Shown here: piece after piece, positions 34,168 through 42,733 of the stretch
Layout: each line of letters opens with the position of its first letter
Position numbering within the stretch: position 1 is the stretch's first letter
Origin: a virus
Lineage: Duplodnaviria > Caudoviricetes
IMG/VR virus record: IMGVR_UViG_3300043579_000246
Span: 1-48,418 of that record
Strand: one strand, 5' to 3'
Length of the DNA: 48,418 nt
Made by a program: the position numbers and the translations under genes
Notes under the pieces: generated by a model
Told to the model about the DNA's origin: nothing
Seen by the model: only the letters and a program-made list of their open reading frames with translations
Database searches by the model: none

Positions 34168-34674
34168 ATGGCGACACATGTCCTCCCTGTTGCGATCGGT
34201 CGGTGCGATGCGAATTGCTTTCCTGACCAGGTTGCGAATCAGATCTCCGCCGCGGGGACGCCATCGGTCGGGGATCTGATCGCGTACGTGCTGAACGATG
34301 CCGGCTCCGACGCGGGGGTGTTCGTTCGCTTCGTCGTGCCACAAAACTACATCGGGACCCCGAAGCTGAAGATTTACGGCATCCTCGACGGCACGCCGAG
34401 CTCTGGTGACGACCTTGGGTTTGGCTTTCGCAAGCGTGCCGTGGCGGACGACGAAGCCGCCGACGGGACCTTCGACGCCGAACAGACCACGCAAAACACC
34501 GACATCAGCGGACACGCCAACGAGGACCTGTACGTCACGGAGATAACCCTGACGGCTGGCGACTATGCGGTGGGTGACGAGGTGTACGGGTACCTCTATC
34601 TGGACGCCAGCGGCACGACGTACGCCGGGAATTTCCTGCTGACGTCCCTTCACTTCTCCTACGCCGACGTGTAA
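34168..34674 (+). CDS. Putative virion structural protein (acidic, beta-rich)
   Basis: Composition and position at the start of the second structural block. Confidence 0.55.
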   Translation: MATHVLPVAIGRCDANCFPDQVANQISAAGTPSVGDLIAYVLNDAGSDAGVFVRFVVPQNYIGTPKLKIYGILDGTPSSGDDLGFGFRKRAVADDEAADGTFDAEQTTQNTDISGHANEDLYVTEITLTAGDYAVGDEVYGYLYLDASGTTYAGNFLLTSLHFSYADV

Positions 34675-34679
34675 CGCCA

Positions 34680-36146
34680 ATGAGCCTGCTGATCAACGCG
34701 AACACCGAGAAGGTCACGGCCAATGTGCCGACGCTGACGGACCCCTTTTCGTTTGCGTGCCGATCGCGCCTGGCGTCGACCACGAACAATCGAAACTTGG
34801 CCGCGATCGGTCCGGCGAGCTCGGCGGCCGACATGCTGCGCGTCATCTACCGCGTGTCTGACGTGTTTCGTGTACTCGTGCGTGGCGCCACGAACTGGAC
34901 GTACGACGCGACGATGGTACAAGCCCCGGGCGTCTGGTACGACATTGCCTTCACGTTCGATTCCGCGGCGGCGGCCAATGAAAAGATCGACATCTACCTC
35001 GCCACGAGCGGCGGGCCGTTGGCTGAGATGAGTTATACGGCTCGGACGGACGGCAACACTAGAACGTCCACCGCCGGGAGCACGATTTGGTGGGGATCGT
35101 CGAACTTCAACGACGCGCCTTTGAACGGCGATATTGCCTTCGTCGCGTTGTGGAACCGGAAGCTGACGCTGAACAATTTCCGGGAGTACTTCCAGAACCC
35201 ACTCCGGATGGGCGCGAACTGCGTCGAGGCGCACATTTTTGGCCTGAACGGGCTGGGTACGCAGCAGGATTTCTCGGGCCACGGCGTCACCGGCACGGTC
35301 GCAGCCGGGGTGACTTTGTCGAACTTCCCGCCGATGGCGAATCCCTTCGAGTTGATACACCCCTCTGAGCGGGCTCCGTACCGCAGCCCGCTGATCTTCC
35401 CGCTCGCCGCGGCTGGTGTGATTACGCCCAACGCCGCACTCATCAGATCCGCTGAGAAGGGCTTGGCCGGATCGATCCCCGGCACCGGCGCGCTGGTCAA
35501 GTCTGTCGGCAAGGCTGCCTCGGGAGCCCTTATTCCATCGGGATCGCTACTCCGCGCGATCGCCTCGTTCGTGTCTGGGGTGGTCGCGACATCGGGCGCG
35601 TTGATGAACTCCGCCGGTAAAGGCGCCGCTGGCACGCTCGCGTCCGCCGGCGGTTTGGCGCAGGCCTGTGCCAAGGGCCTCGCCGGCGCACTTGCGCCGT
35701 CCGGTGGTTCCGCGAAGGACGTGAGCAGCTCGCTCGGTGGCAGTCTGACTCCGACCGGTGCCCTGGCCGCGGCGCGGGCCATCTTCGCGACGTTCACCGG
35801 TGCGCTGGCGCCGATCGGCGCCTTGGTGCGCAGCACGGCGAAGTCCGCGGCCGGGACCCTCGCGCCAACCGGCACCGCGGCGAAGACGGCGAACCCGGTG
35901 TTGCGTGGCGTCCTCGTCCCGATTGGGGCGTTGCGGAAGTCCGTGGCGACGTTCTGGAGTGGCGTACTCGGATGGCTGGGGCAGCTCGGCGCGATCGTGA
36001 CTGGTGCCGCGACGCCGTCTGCGATCGAGGTCACCGGGATCTATGAACCGAGCCTCGAGGTAACGGGGTGTTACCAGGCAAGTCTGGATGTGACCGGGCG
36101 GCACGCGCCAGCGATCGAGGTCACCGGATCGTTAGTTCTCGATTAG
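34680..36146 (+). CDS. Fibre-like protein: LamG-like N-terminus, about 18-aa Gly/Ala repeats, 10-aa C-terminal repeats
   Basis: W.DIAFTFD...LNGDIA.VALWNR.L...DFSGHG; repeated G.L...G.L units; (I/L)(E/D)VTG x4. Confidence 0.65.
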   Translation: MSLLINANTEKVTANVPTLTDPFSFACRSRLASTTNNRNLAAIGPASSAADMLRVIYRVSDVFRVLVRGATNWTYDATMVQAPGVWYDIAFTFDSAAAANEKIDIYLATSGGPLAEMSYTARTDGNTRTSTAGSTIWWGSSNFNDAPLNGDIAFVALWNRKLTLNNFREYFQNPLRMGANCVEAHIFGLNGLGTQQDFSGHGVTGTVAAGVTLSNFPPMANPFELIHPSERAPYRSPLIFPLAAAGVITPNAALIRSAEKGLAGSIPGTGALVKSVGKAASGALIPSGSLLRAIASFVSGVVATSGALMNSAGKGAAGTLASAGGLAQACAKGLAGALAPSGGSAKDVSSSLGGSLTPTGALAAARAIFATFTGALAPIGALVRSTAKSAAGTLAPTGTAAKTANPVLRGVLVPIGALRKSVATFWSGVLGWLGQLGAIVTGAATPSAIEVTGIYEPSLEVTGCYQASLDVTGRHAPAIEVTGSLVLD

Positions 36147-36161
36147 GGAGGAGTCTGCGTC

Positions 36162-36827
36162 ATGGAACATCGATCTGCGTTGGCACCGTCGGGCACGTTG
36201 GGGATGCGAGTGATTCGTGGCAATAGGAACGAGGCACCAGTGCAGCGCGCGCCCCTCGCCTGGCGGCTGAAGAACTGGCTGCTCAACCGTTGGCGCGAGT
36301 TGCCGGCTCTGGCCGTCTACCGAGTCCTCGGCCGGCTGTTTTCACTCGTGTACATGGAGAGCGCACTCTACCTGCGCGTGCTCCATGCCGACGGCACGGT
36401 CACGGACTTCGGCTGCGTCGGCCGACGCGTCGTGACGGACGCCGGCGTCGCCTTCATCGTCGACGCGTTCCAGAACCTGGTCGAGCTCGAGAACCTGAAG
36501 TACCACGGGTTCGGCACGGGCACGACGGCGGAAGCCGCCGGCGACACGGCGCTGGTCACCGAGCTGACCACGCAGTACGCCACGGACAACGTGCGACCGA
36601 CCGGGAGCCAGACCGAAGGCGCGACGGCGAATATCTATCGCACCGTCGGCACGCTCGCGCCTGACTCGGGCGGCACGCTCGCCATCACGGAACACGGGAT
36701 TTTCAGCCAGGCGTCGAACGCCGGCGGCACCCTGCTCGATCGGACGAAGTTCGCGGCGATCAACCTCGTGGCCGCCCAGGACTCCCTGCTGGCGACCTAC
36801 GAACTGACGCTGACGTCGGGCAGCTAG
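36162..36827 (+). CDS. Putative virion structural protein (fibre-attachment-like)
   Basis: VVTDAG, GFGTGTTAEAAGDTALVTE, AITEHGIF, GTLLDR..F..IN. Confidence 0.7.
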   Translation: MEHRSALAPSGTLGMRVIRGNRNEAPVQRAPLAWRLKNWLLNRWRELPALAVYRVLGRLFSLVYMESALYLRVLHADGTVTDFGCVGRRVVTDAGVAFIVDAFQNLVELENLKYHGFGTGTTAEAAGDTALVTELTTQYATDNVRPTGSQTEGATANIYRTVGTLAPDSGGTLAITEHGIFSQASNAGGTLLDRTKFAAINLVAAQDSLLATYELTLTSGS

Positions 36828-36849
36828 AACACAGCGCGCAAGGAGACCC

Positions 36850-37221
36850 ATGGCGCGACGCGTCAAGATCGGCGGCGACGGGGCGTTGTTCATTGGCGAG
36901 GACAAGGTGATCAATTTCACTGTCCTCAACAGGCTCCTCGTGCCGGTCGACATCACGGGGATGGCGTTTCAGTTCGTGGTGCGCGCAGATGTGCTGGCTT
37001 CGCAGAAGCTGATCGATCTTCCAGCCACGGTCGTCGGCACGTACGACGCGGCTCCGTTGGTGAATACGCAGCGGGCCCGTGTGACGCTGTCGGACACGGA
37101 TCTGAGCGCAGACGTCTTCAGCGCCCAGACCTACGAATACAGCCTGAAGCGCACAGACGACGGATCGGAAACCGTCGTCAACTTCGGCCCCTTCGAGCTC
37201 CAGCGGGCGACCCAGGTCTAG
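36850..37221 (+). CDS. BppU-N-like baseplate/adaptor protein
   Basis: GEDK.I.FTV.....PVDITG...F.V...VTLS.TD...Y.Y.L....G.F; AAGGAG RBS. Confidence 0.6.
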   Translation: MARRVKIGGDGALFIGEDKVINFTVLNRLLVPVDITGMAFQFVVRADVLASQKLIDLPATVVGTYDAAPLVNTQRARVTLSDTDLSADVFSAQTYEYSLKRTDDGSETVVNFGPFELQRATQV

Positions 37222-37232
37222 GGCCGAGGCCT

Positions 37233-38699
37233 ATGTATCTCCAGCGCCACACGAAGAACGGCCGAGACTTCGGGTACACCGGCGACCAGATTCTCTCGCC
37301 GCGCCTGAGCCTGTCTGGCCGACTGGCGTACAAGGGCACCGACGCACACGGCACCGCCACGGTGGTCGAGCTCGACGGCCGCACGTGGCAGGCTGGACCC
37401 ACCGATGGCATCGCCGCCGTCGCGTGGGGTGAGGACGAGACGCTGTACGTCCTGAATCCTGGCGCGCGGTCCGTCACGATATTCGCGCCAGACGGGACGC
37501 CGGCGGGCGTGATCGATCTCAGCGTTCGATACCCGAACAGTCTCCCGGCCGCTGAAGGCATTCATCACGTTGACGGGGCGAATCCAATCCTTGCCAACGA
37601 TCCGCTCGTCGCCTTTCAGGTGATTCGCGGCATCGAGTGTCACCGCGTCGACCGGGACACGGACGGAACTGCCGTCGCGTTGGCCGGCGGTGGAGGCCCG
37701 CACGGCTGCGTCGTGAAGATTCCTGTGACGGGCCCGATCATGATGTGGATCGCCACGGCGGACGTGCTCGAGGCCGTGTACATCTCGCAGGGCCGCGTCT
37801 CGATTCCCGGCTTCGACACACCGGAGCCAGGAGCCGTGCCGTGGGTGTCGTACGCGGACGCGCCGATCGTCGTGCCATCGGTGAAGCCTCGCAAGCCAGC
37901 CAAGCCGATGCTCTACGGCACGTTCGGCACGCCGAACCGGGGCGGCAACGTGGGAGGCAGTGGGCATCCAATCGCGGTCATCGACGGCCCGGATTACATC
38001 ACCGCTGACGACGCGAAGCGGCTACGCGGGGTGATCTTCGATCCGTTCTACCTGGGCAACCCCTCGCACAACCCGGAACAGATTGAAAAAGACTTTCAGA
38101 ACTGCCTGTCTTGGGCGCGGCGCACGGGCTGTCCCGTGGTCGTGTATGACGACGGCCATGATGTGAGCGACATCTGTCGCCGGCTCCGCGTCGTCGAGCG
38201 CGTCGGTGTGGTCCATGCCATCCTGCACAATCCGCGGATTTATCAGCAGGCCAAGGCGCCAGACGCTGGTGCCGCGCTCTGCGCGCATCCGCTCTACCGC
38301 GGCGCCTGGTCAGAGCCTGAACTGGCGAATTGGACCCAGGTAATCATCGAGCGGAACATCGCCACCGAGACGCAATGGTCCGGTGAGCTCGTGATCGGAC
38401 TTGGGCGCAACGCTCCACAGGACGCACCGCCGTGGGCCAGGGACTACTACGACGCCAAGGAAGCCCTGCTCGAGCCGCTGCCTGCGAACTTCTGGGACAC
38501 CTGGCCGCAGACCACCATTGAATCCCCAATCGTTGTCACGCCGCAGCCGTCCGCCGGCGACGAGACGCCGACCAAGCCGAAGGGCGGCGGTTCGAAACCC
38601 TCGAAACCGCTCACGAAGAAACAGAAGCAGGTCGCCGGCGCCGCGGCTGCCGGCGGTGGGATCCTGATGGCGCTCGCGAGGATCTTTCACTGGTGGTGA
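37233..38699 (+). CDS. Hypothetical protein with Pro/Lys linker and C-terminal hydrophobic tail
   Basis: 488-aa ORF ending PTKPKGGGSKPSKPLTKKQKQVAGAAAAGGGILMALARIFHWW. Confidence 0.65.
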   Translation: MYLQRHTKNGRDFGYTGDQILSPRLSLSGRLAYKGTDAHGTATVVELDGRTWQAGPTDGIAAVAWGEDETLYVLNPGARSVTIFAPDGTPAGVIDLSVRYPNSLPAAEGIHHVDGANPILANDPLVAFQVIRGIECHRVDRDTDGTAVALAGGGGPHGCVVKIPVTGPIMMWIATADVLEAVYISQGRVSIPGFDTPEPGAVPWVSYADAPIVVPSVKPRKPAKPMLYGTFGTPNRGGNVGGSGHPIAVIDGPDYITADDAKRLRGVIFDPFYLGNPSHNPEQIEKDFQNCLSWARRTGCPVVVYDDGHDVSDICRRLRVVERVGVVHAILHNPRIYQQAKAPDAGAALCAHPLYRGAWSEPELANWTQVIIERNIATETQWSGELVIGLGRNAPQDAPPWARDYYDAKEALLEPLPANFWDTWPQTTIESPIVVTPQPSAGDETPTKPKGGGSKPSKPLTKKQKQVAGAAAAGGGILMALARIFHWW

Positions 38700-39138
38700 A
38701 GTCTCGTGGCAGCGCGACGAGGGCGATCGTGGTGGTGACCGTCGCGCCGAGCGCCTGCGCGACTTCCCGCAGCCGCGTGAGACTCGCTCGGACGTAGCCC
38801 GTCTGCTCATACATTTGAATCTGCTGCTCGGCGACCCCGACGCGATCGGCGAGCTCGCGCTGCTTCCAGCCGCGGGTGATGCGCGCCTGGATCAGGAGCT
38901 GCCCGATCGACTCGAGCGGCGCCGGCTCGAACGTGGCATCGCCGCGCTTCATCCGCTCATACGCTTTGAGGTCCCGCTCGAGGTCCGCGAGCTGCGCGCG
39001 CAGCGCCTCGAGGCTGGCTTGGTGCGCTTTGGGGTGGACGTTCGGCGGGCGCGCCGTGTTTTCCGCCTTCACGATCGCGGCGCGGAACTTGGCCGCGGCC
39101 GCGCGCGTGATGGCGTAGGAACGTTCCGTAGTAATCAT
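38611..39138 (-). CDS. XRE-family HTH protein (putative antitoxin)
   Basis: LIQARITRGWKQRELADRVGVAEQQIQMYEQTGY..ASLTRL.EVAQAL; ATGA-coupled to the upstream NTase-like gene. Confidence 0.85.
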   Translation of the reverse strand: MITTERSYAITRAAAAKFRAAIVKAENTARPPNVHPKAHQASLEALRAQLADLERDLKAYERMKRGDATFEPAPLESIGQLLIQARITRGWKQRELADRVGVAEQQIQMYEQTGYVRASLTRLREVAQALGATVTTTIALVALPRDFTTSERSSRAPSGSHRRQPRRRRPASVSS

Positions 39139-39584
39139 TCGTCGGTCTCCTCATCCAAGGTCAACAGGTCCACGACGACCACGCCGACGCGACGACCGTC
39201 GCGCGTGTGCTGAAAGAACTCCGCGAACGCCTCCTGCGAGTCCGCCTCCATCAAGATCGACGGGAACAGGTCGGCCCCGAATAGCGCCTTGATGGCGGGC
39301 AAGCCGTCCGGGCCGAGAAACATCGGGTGCAGCTTCTCGATGGCCACCCCTTCCACGCTCCACACCAGATCGACGTCCATCGGCCGGGCCTTCGTCGTGA
39401 CGAAGCTGCCTCCGACGAGCACCGCCGGGCAGCCTGCCTGCGCCAAGTGGAGCAGCGCGGGCCGGAGTCTGGCCAGCAGCGCCGTCCGGCGGGCCGTGCC
39501 GCCGAACCGCTCGACGAACTCGGTCCACGTCGTGACGTGCAGGCCTTCTGGCAGGAACCCGTCGGCGTCGTGTTTCGCAAGCAT
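39135..39584 (-). CDS. Nucleotidyltransferase-fold protein (DUF6932-like), putative toxin
   Basis: G.LPEG.H...W.EF..RFG...RR..L, GGSFVT.K..P.DVD (GS...DxD Pol-beta motif). Confidence 0.75.
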   Translation of the reverse strand: MLAKHDADGFLPEGLHVTTWTEFVERFGGTARRTALLARLRPALLHLAQAGCPAVLVGGSFVTTKARPMDVDLVWSVEGVAIEKLHPMFLGPDGLPAIKALFGADLFPSILMEADSQEAFAEFFQHTRDGRRVGVVVVDLLTLDEETDE

Positions 39585-39585
39585 A

Positions 39586-39611
39586 GTAACACAATAAAAT
39601 ACATGTGTGAC
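39586..39611 (-). promoter_or_regulatory. Inverted-repeat operator over an AT-rich promoter, abutting the ATG (likely leaderless)
   Basis: GTAACACA-N10-TGTGTGAC (7/8 symmetric), 1 nt from the start codon; no SD. Confidence 0.5.
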
Positions 39612-39681
39612 ACGGTAGGACAGACCGGTCCCGCCCGAAAGCTGCTTTTGCGTACTCCTTTTATTGCTGGGGAAACCGGCC

Positions 39682-39894
39682 CTAGTTAGCGGGGTCCGGT
39701 TCGACGGGATTCCTGAGCAGGCCAGGTAGGTCGAGGGGGACCATCTTCCGGCAATGCGGGCACTGGTAGGTGTTGCGGATGTCGATCCCGGTCCGCGGGC
39801 CAATCGAAGCCCGATAGCTGAGGCGAATCTTCCCGTGACACGCCGCGCAGTGGAGCTGGAGCGTGACCAGTTCAGGACTGCTCGAATCTGGCAT
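39682..39894 (-). CDS. Small zinc-ribbon protein
   Basis: CAAC...YQCPHC...LDLPG. Confidence 0.55.
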   Translation of the reverse strand: MPDSSSPELVTLQLHCAACHGKIRLSYRASIGPRTGIDIRNTYQCPHCRKMVPLDLPGLLRNPVEPDPAN

Positions 39895-39949
39895 TGGCGT
39901 CTGGCTGATCGTGGATCGAGATCGGGATCGTTGGGCCGTCAGTCCGGCC

Positions 39950-40239
39950 GCGGTTACCACGGTAACCTTTCACTGTCCCACTGTGACGCATCCTGACGCA
40001 TTGTGACGTATTGGCGGTGGGCGGAATGATCAGCGAAGGAGGGAGCGAAGACCAGGCTGGTTTCGAGCGAATTGCTCAGAAACACCAGTGATTTTCACCT
40101 CCTCTGCAACTAGCGAAAGATGGCGGGGTCGACGGGACTCGAACCCGCGACCTCTGGCGTGACAGGCCCGACTCCCTCTCGGCCTAAGTCCCTCAACGTA
40201 CAGTACTTGCTGCATCGCCGGTAACTGTCGTGCGGTAAC
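39950..40239. other. attP region with arm-type and RDF-type repeats
   Basis: CGGT(T/A)AC at 39951, 39960, 40219 and 40233; TGACG(C/T)AT at 39984, 39994 and 40004; tRNA core between them. Confidence 0.75.
40121..40168 (-). other. att core: 3' half of tRNA-Asp(GUC), not a complete tRNA gene
   Basis: Minus strand GGC CT GTC AC GCC AGAGGTC GCGGG TTCGAGT CCCGT CGACCCCGCCA gives anticodon loop, T-arm and CCA; the 5' half is absent. Confidence 0.9.
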
Positions 40240-40242
40240 GTT

Positions 40243-40467
40243 CTAGATGTCGAGCTTGTCCTTGGCGCAATCCAAAATGCCGAGGTGGCGGGCCATCTTC
40301 TTCACATGGCCGACTTGCACTTCCGATCGTTTAGGGAGGTTCGGGAAGGTCTTGCCGCCGTACATCACGCACCAGAAGTGCGTGTATTCCTTTCGCGTCC
40401 AGCCATGTGCGCACGCATTCAGCATCGCCCACACTTCATTGAGCGTGACCTCTCCAAATGACGACAC
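40243..40467 (-). CDS. HicA-like toxin
   Basis: 74 aa; EV..ML.....GW......HF.........LP...EV..GHVKKMARHLGI. Confidence 0.65.
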   Translation of the reverse strand: MSSFGEVTLNEVWAMLNACAHGWTRKEYTHFWCVMYGGKTFPNLPKRSEVQVGHVKKMARHLGILDCAKDKLDI

Positions 40468-40471
40468 GGAA

Positions 40472-40972
40472 TCAGGCCGCCGCCGCCAGTGCCATCGGCG
40501 CGTTCGCTGGTGCTGCGAGGTTGTCGGCTGGCGTGACCTCGTTGATGTGCTTCAGCTTCACGTGGATGAACGGTTCGCTTTCGGCCGTCTGCTTCGGTAG
40601 GCCGTTCGGGACGTTCATTGAACCCTTTCGCACTCGTGACACGGCCTCGTCCCATTCCTGGAGCGTCTCTGGATCCGTCTCGTCGAAGTACGTCTTCAGC
40701 GTCGCCTTGAACTGCTCGAAGGTCGCGGCGCCGCCGGCCAAGTCGATAAACAGTCGTGACAGGGTCTCGCGGAGTGCGACGTTGGCGGCCGCCAACGTCG
40801 AGTCGGCGACGGCCAGTGCTCCAGGGCGAACCCCGTACAGCCAGAACCCTTCGATCTCCTGGCACGCCAGGAGACGGCCGCTCATTTCGATCTCGGCAAG
40901 GAACCCGTTTCCGAGGATTGTTCCCGAGTAGCTGAAGACGAGTGGGAGCGTTAGCGCCTTGTCGTGTTCCAT
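40472..40972 (-). CDS. HicB-like antitoxin
   Basis: EGFWLYGVRPGALAVADSTLAAA...LRE.L; upstream of the hicA-like gene. Confidence 0.55.
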   Translation of the reverse strand: MEHDKALTLPLVFSYSGTILGNGFLAEIEMSGRLLACQEIEGFWLYGVRPGALAVADSTLAAANVALRETLSRLFIDLAGGAATFEQFKATLKTYFDETDPETLQEWDEAVSRVRKGSMNVPNGLPKQTAESEPFIHVKLKHINEVTPADNLAAPANAPMALAAAA

Positions 40973-41084
40973 ATGTTCACCGCCGCGTTTCGCCACGTGC
41001 GGAATCGTTCAGCCTATCGCTATTGTTGCACCCAACACAAGTACAGAGGCCGATGCTGTGAAGGCCGCTGAGCCTAGACCTTAG

Positions 41085-41100
41085 TGCAATAACCGTGCCC
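41085..41100 (-). promoter_or_regulatory. Sigma54-type -24/-12 promoter facing the hicBA-like pair
   Basis: Minus strand GGGCACGGTTATTGCA versus consensus TGGCACGNNNNTTGCW, with exact GG-N10-GC spacing. Confidence 0.5.
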
Positions 41101-41192
41101 CAAATTGGGCCAAATTGGCGTGGAAACAGTCGGCAAGAGCTGTCGGTAGGACGTCAGGTGCTGACAGGCGGCGGACACAGTTGGTGATGCGG

Positions 41193-41221
41193 AGCCTACC
41201 GCCGGATCAGCGCAGGGTCAA
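41193..41221 (-). promoter_or_regulatory. Sigma70-type promoter downstream of int, facing the hicBA-like pair
   Basis: Minus strand TTGACC-N17-TAGGCT. Confidence 0.55.
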
Positions 41222-41231
41222 GTCTACGGGG

Positions 41232-42335
41232 TCACTCGAGCCGCTTCGCCGCGGTGACCAGCTTCAGCCGCTGCAGCGGTGCATACCGCCGGGTCATCCG
41301 CGGGGTGGTGTGGCCGAGCAGGTCCTGGACGTCCGCCAGGTCCGCGCCGGCGCGCAGGTAGGCCGTGGCCACGGAGTGACGGAGATCGTAGACGCGCACG
41401 CGCGCCGGCGCGGTGTTCTGTGGATCGCGCGCGCGCTGTTCCGCGCGGCACGCCCGTTGGAAGGCCTTCCGCAGGAGGTCTTTGTTGTACGGGCCCCAGG
41501 CGCGCGCCGCGGCGAAGGCCTCCCACGCGGCGATGCCCTTGGCGTTCAGCGGCACGAACCGAAACCGCTTCCCGCCCTTCCCGGTCGGCACGTGACACTC
41601 ACCGGCCTCGAGCTTCACGTGCTCCGCCTTCATGTGGCTGAGCTCGCTGTTGCCCCGGATCCCCGTCCAGAGCAGCACGCCGGCGCGGGCGCGGTCCTTC
41701 GCGTTCTGCATCCGCGAGATTGCAGCCTCGAGGAACTCGATGTCGACGGCCCGCGGCGCCGGCGCCGGCTCGTCGAACGGCCGCACGGCGCGCACCGGGT
41801 TCGGCGCGTCCTTCCCGTCGAGCAGCGTCCACAGGTGTAGCAGCGCCGTGCGCCGGTGATTACAGGCGGACGCGGACAACGGCCGATCAACCTTGCGGAA
41901 CTCCTTTGTACGCGGCACGTACCGCAGGACCGGTCCGTGCGCGCGCCAGGCCTGGAGCTGCCCGCGAATCATCTCCGCGCTGATCTGCGTGCGCTCGAAG
42001 TCGCCCCACGCTTCGCGCCAGGCCTGCAGGTCTCGCCGGCGCCAGGTGATGGTCGGCATCGCCGCGACCTGCTTCAGGTATCGCTCGATGTCGGCCGCGA
42101 ACGTGCCGCGCTCAGGGATCGGCCCGCGAATCTTTCGTGCGAGCACGCGCTGCTCCTCGCGCCAGGCCTTCATCTCGGTGAGCGTCGCGGTGCGTGGGAA
42201 GCGCTTCGTGAGCAGCTTCGAGCCCTTGATGCCGTACCGGACGCGCACGAACGCGCGCCAGCCCTTGCCTGCGCGGCGAATGCCGGCCGGCAACGGGTTG
42301 CGGGCGACGATGCGCGGAACCGACGCGTCCTTCAC
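41232..42335 (-). CDS. int: Tyrosine integrase
   Basis: TGIR..EL, K, YDLRHS, LLGH, TRRY catalytic motifs; N-terminal arm-binding region. Confidence 0.95.
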   Translation of the reverse strand: MKDASVPRIVARNPLPAGIRRAGKGWRAFVRVRYGIKGSKLLTKRFPRTATLTEMKAWREEQRVLARKIRGPIPERGTFAADIERYLKQVAAMPTITWRRRDLQAWREAWGDFERTQISAEMIRGQLQAWRAHGPVLRYVPRTKEFRKVDRPLSASACNHRRTALLHLWTLLDGKDAPNPVRAVRPFDEPAPAPRAVDIEFLEAAISRMQNAKDRARAGVLLWTGIRGNSELSHMKAEHVKLEAGECHVPTGKGGKRFRFVPLNAKGIAAWEAFAAARAWGPYNKDLLRKAFQRACRAEQRARDPQNTAPARVRVYDLRHSVATAYLRAGADLADVQDLLGHTTPRMTRRYAPLQRLKLVTAAKRLE

Positions 42336-42733
42336 CGCCGGAGCTCCAGCCGCGGCGCCGCCGCGGCCGCGCGCAGCCGCTCGTCGAGCGCCAGGACAAC
42401 CCGGGCCGGATGCACTAGGCCGCTGAACCCGCCGCCGGCAGCCGGCGCCTCGGGATTACCGATTGGCTCCGCGCTCTGGTACTGCACGACCTGGTCGCAG
42501 CCCAGCTGCAGGGCCTGGACGACGGCTGACGTCGTCGGCAGCGGGCCCGGCTCGAGCTGGTCCCCGAGCTCGCGCTCGATCGCCCGCCAGCCCGCCGGCG
42601 GCACGAACCGCCGCTCGAGCCGCGCGGATCCGCAGGCCGCGATCGACGCGTACCGCGCATGGACGCAGATCGCCGCGGCGCCGAGCGTGCGGCCGGTCTC
42701 GAGCGATCGGATCAGGAAGACGTGCGCGGTCAT
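42332..42733 (-). CDS. Hypothetical protein
   Basis: Coupled overlaps with int and with the upstream gene. Confidence 0.5.
   Translation of the reverse strand: MTAHVFLIRSLETGRTLGAAAICVHARYASIAACGSARLERRFVPPAGWRAIERELGDQLEPGPLPTTSAVVQALQLGCDQVVQYQSAEPIGNPEAPAAGGGFSGLVHPARVVLALDERLRAAAAAPRLELRR

Noticed and set aside
40121-40200. Complete tRNA-Asp gene
   Set aside because: The D-arm and 5' acceptor strand are missing and the anticodon stem pairing breaks after 3 bp; it is an att core
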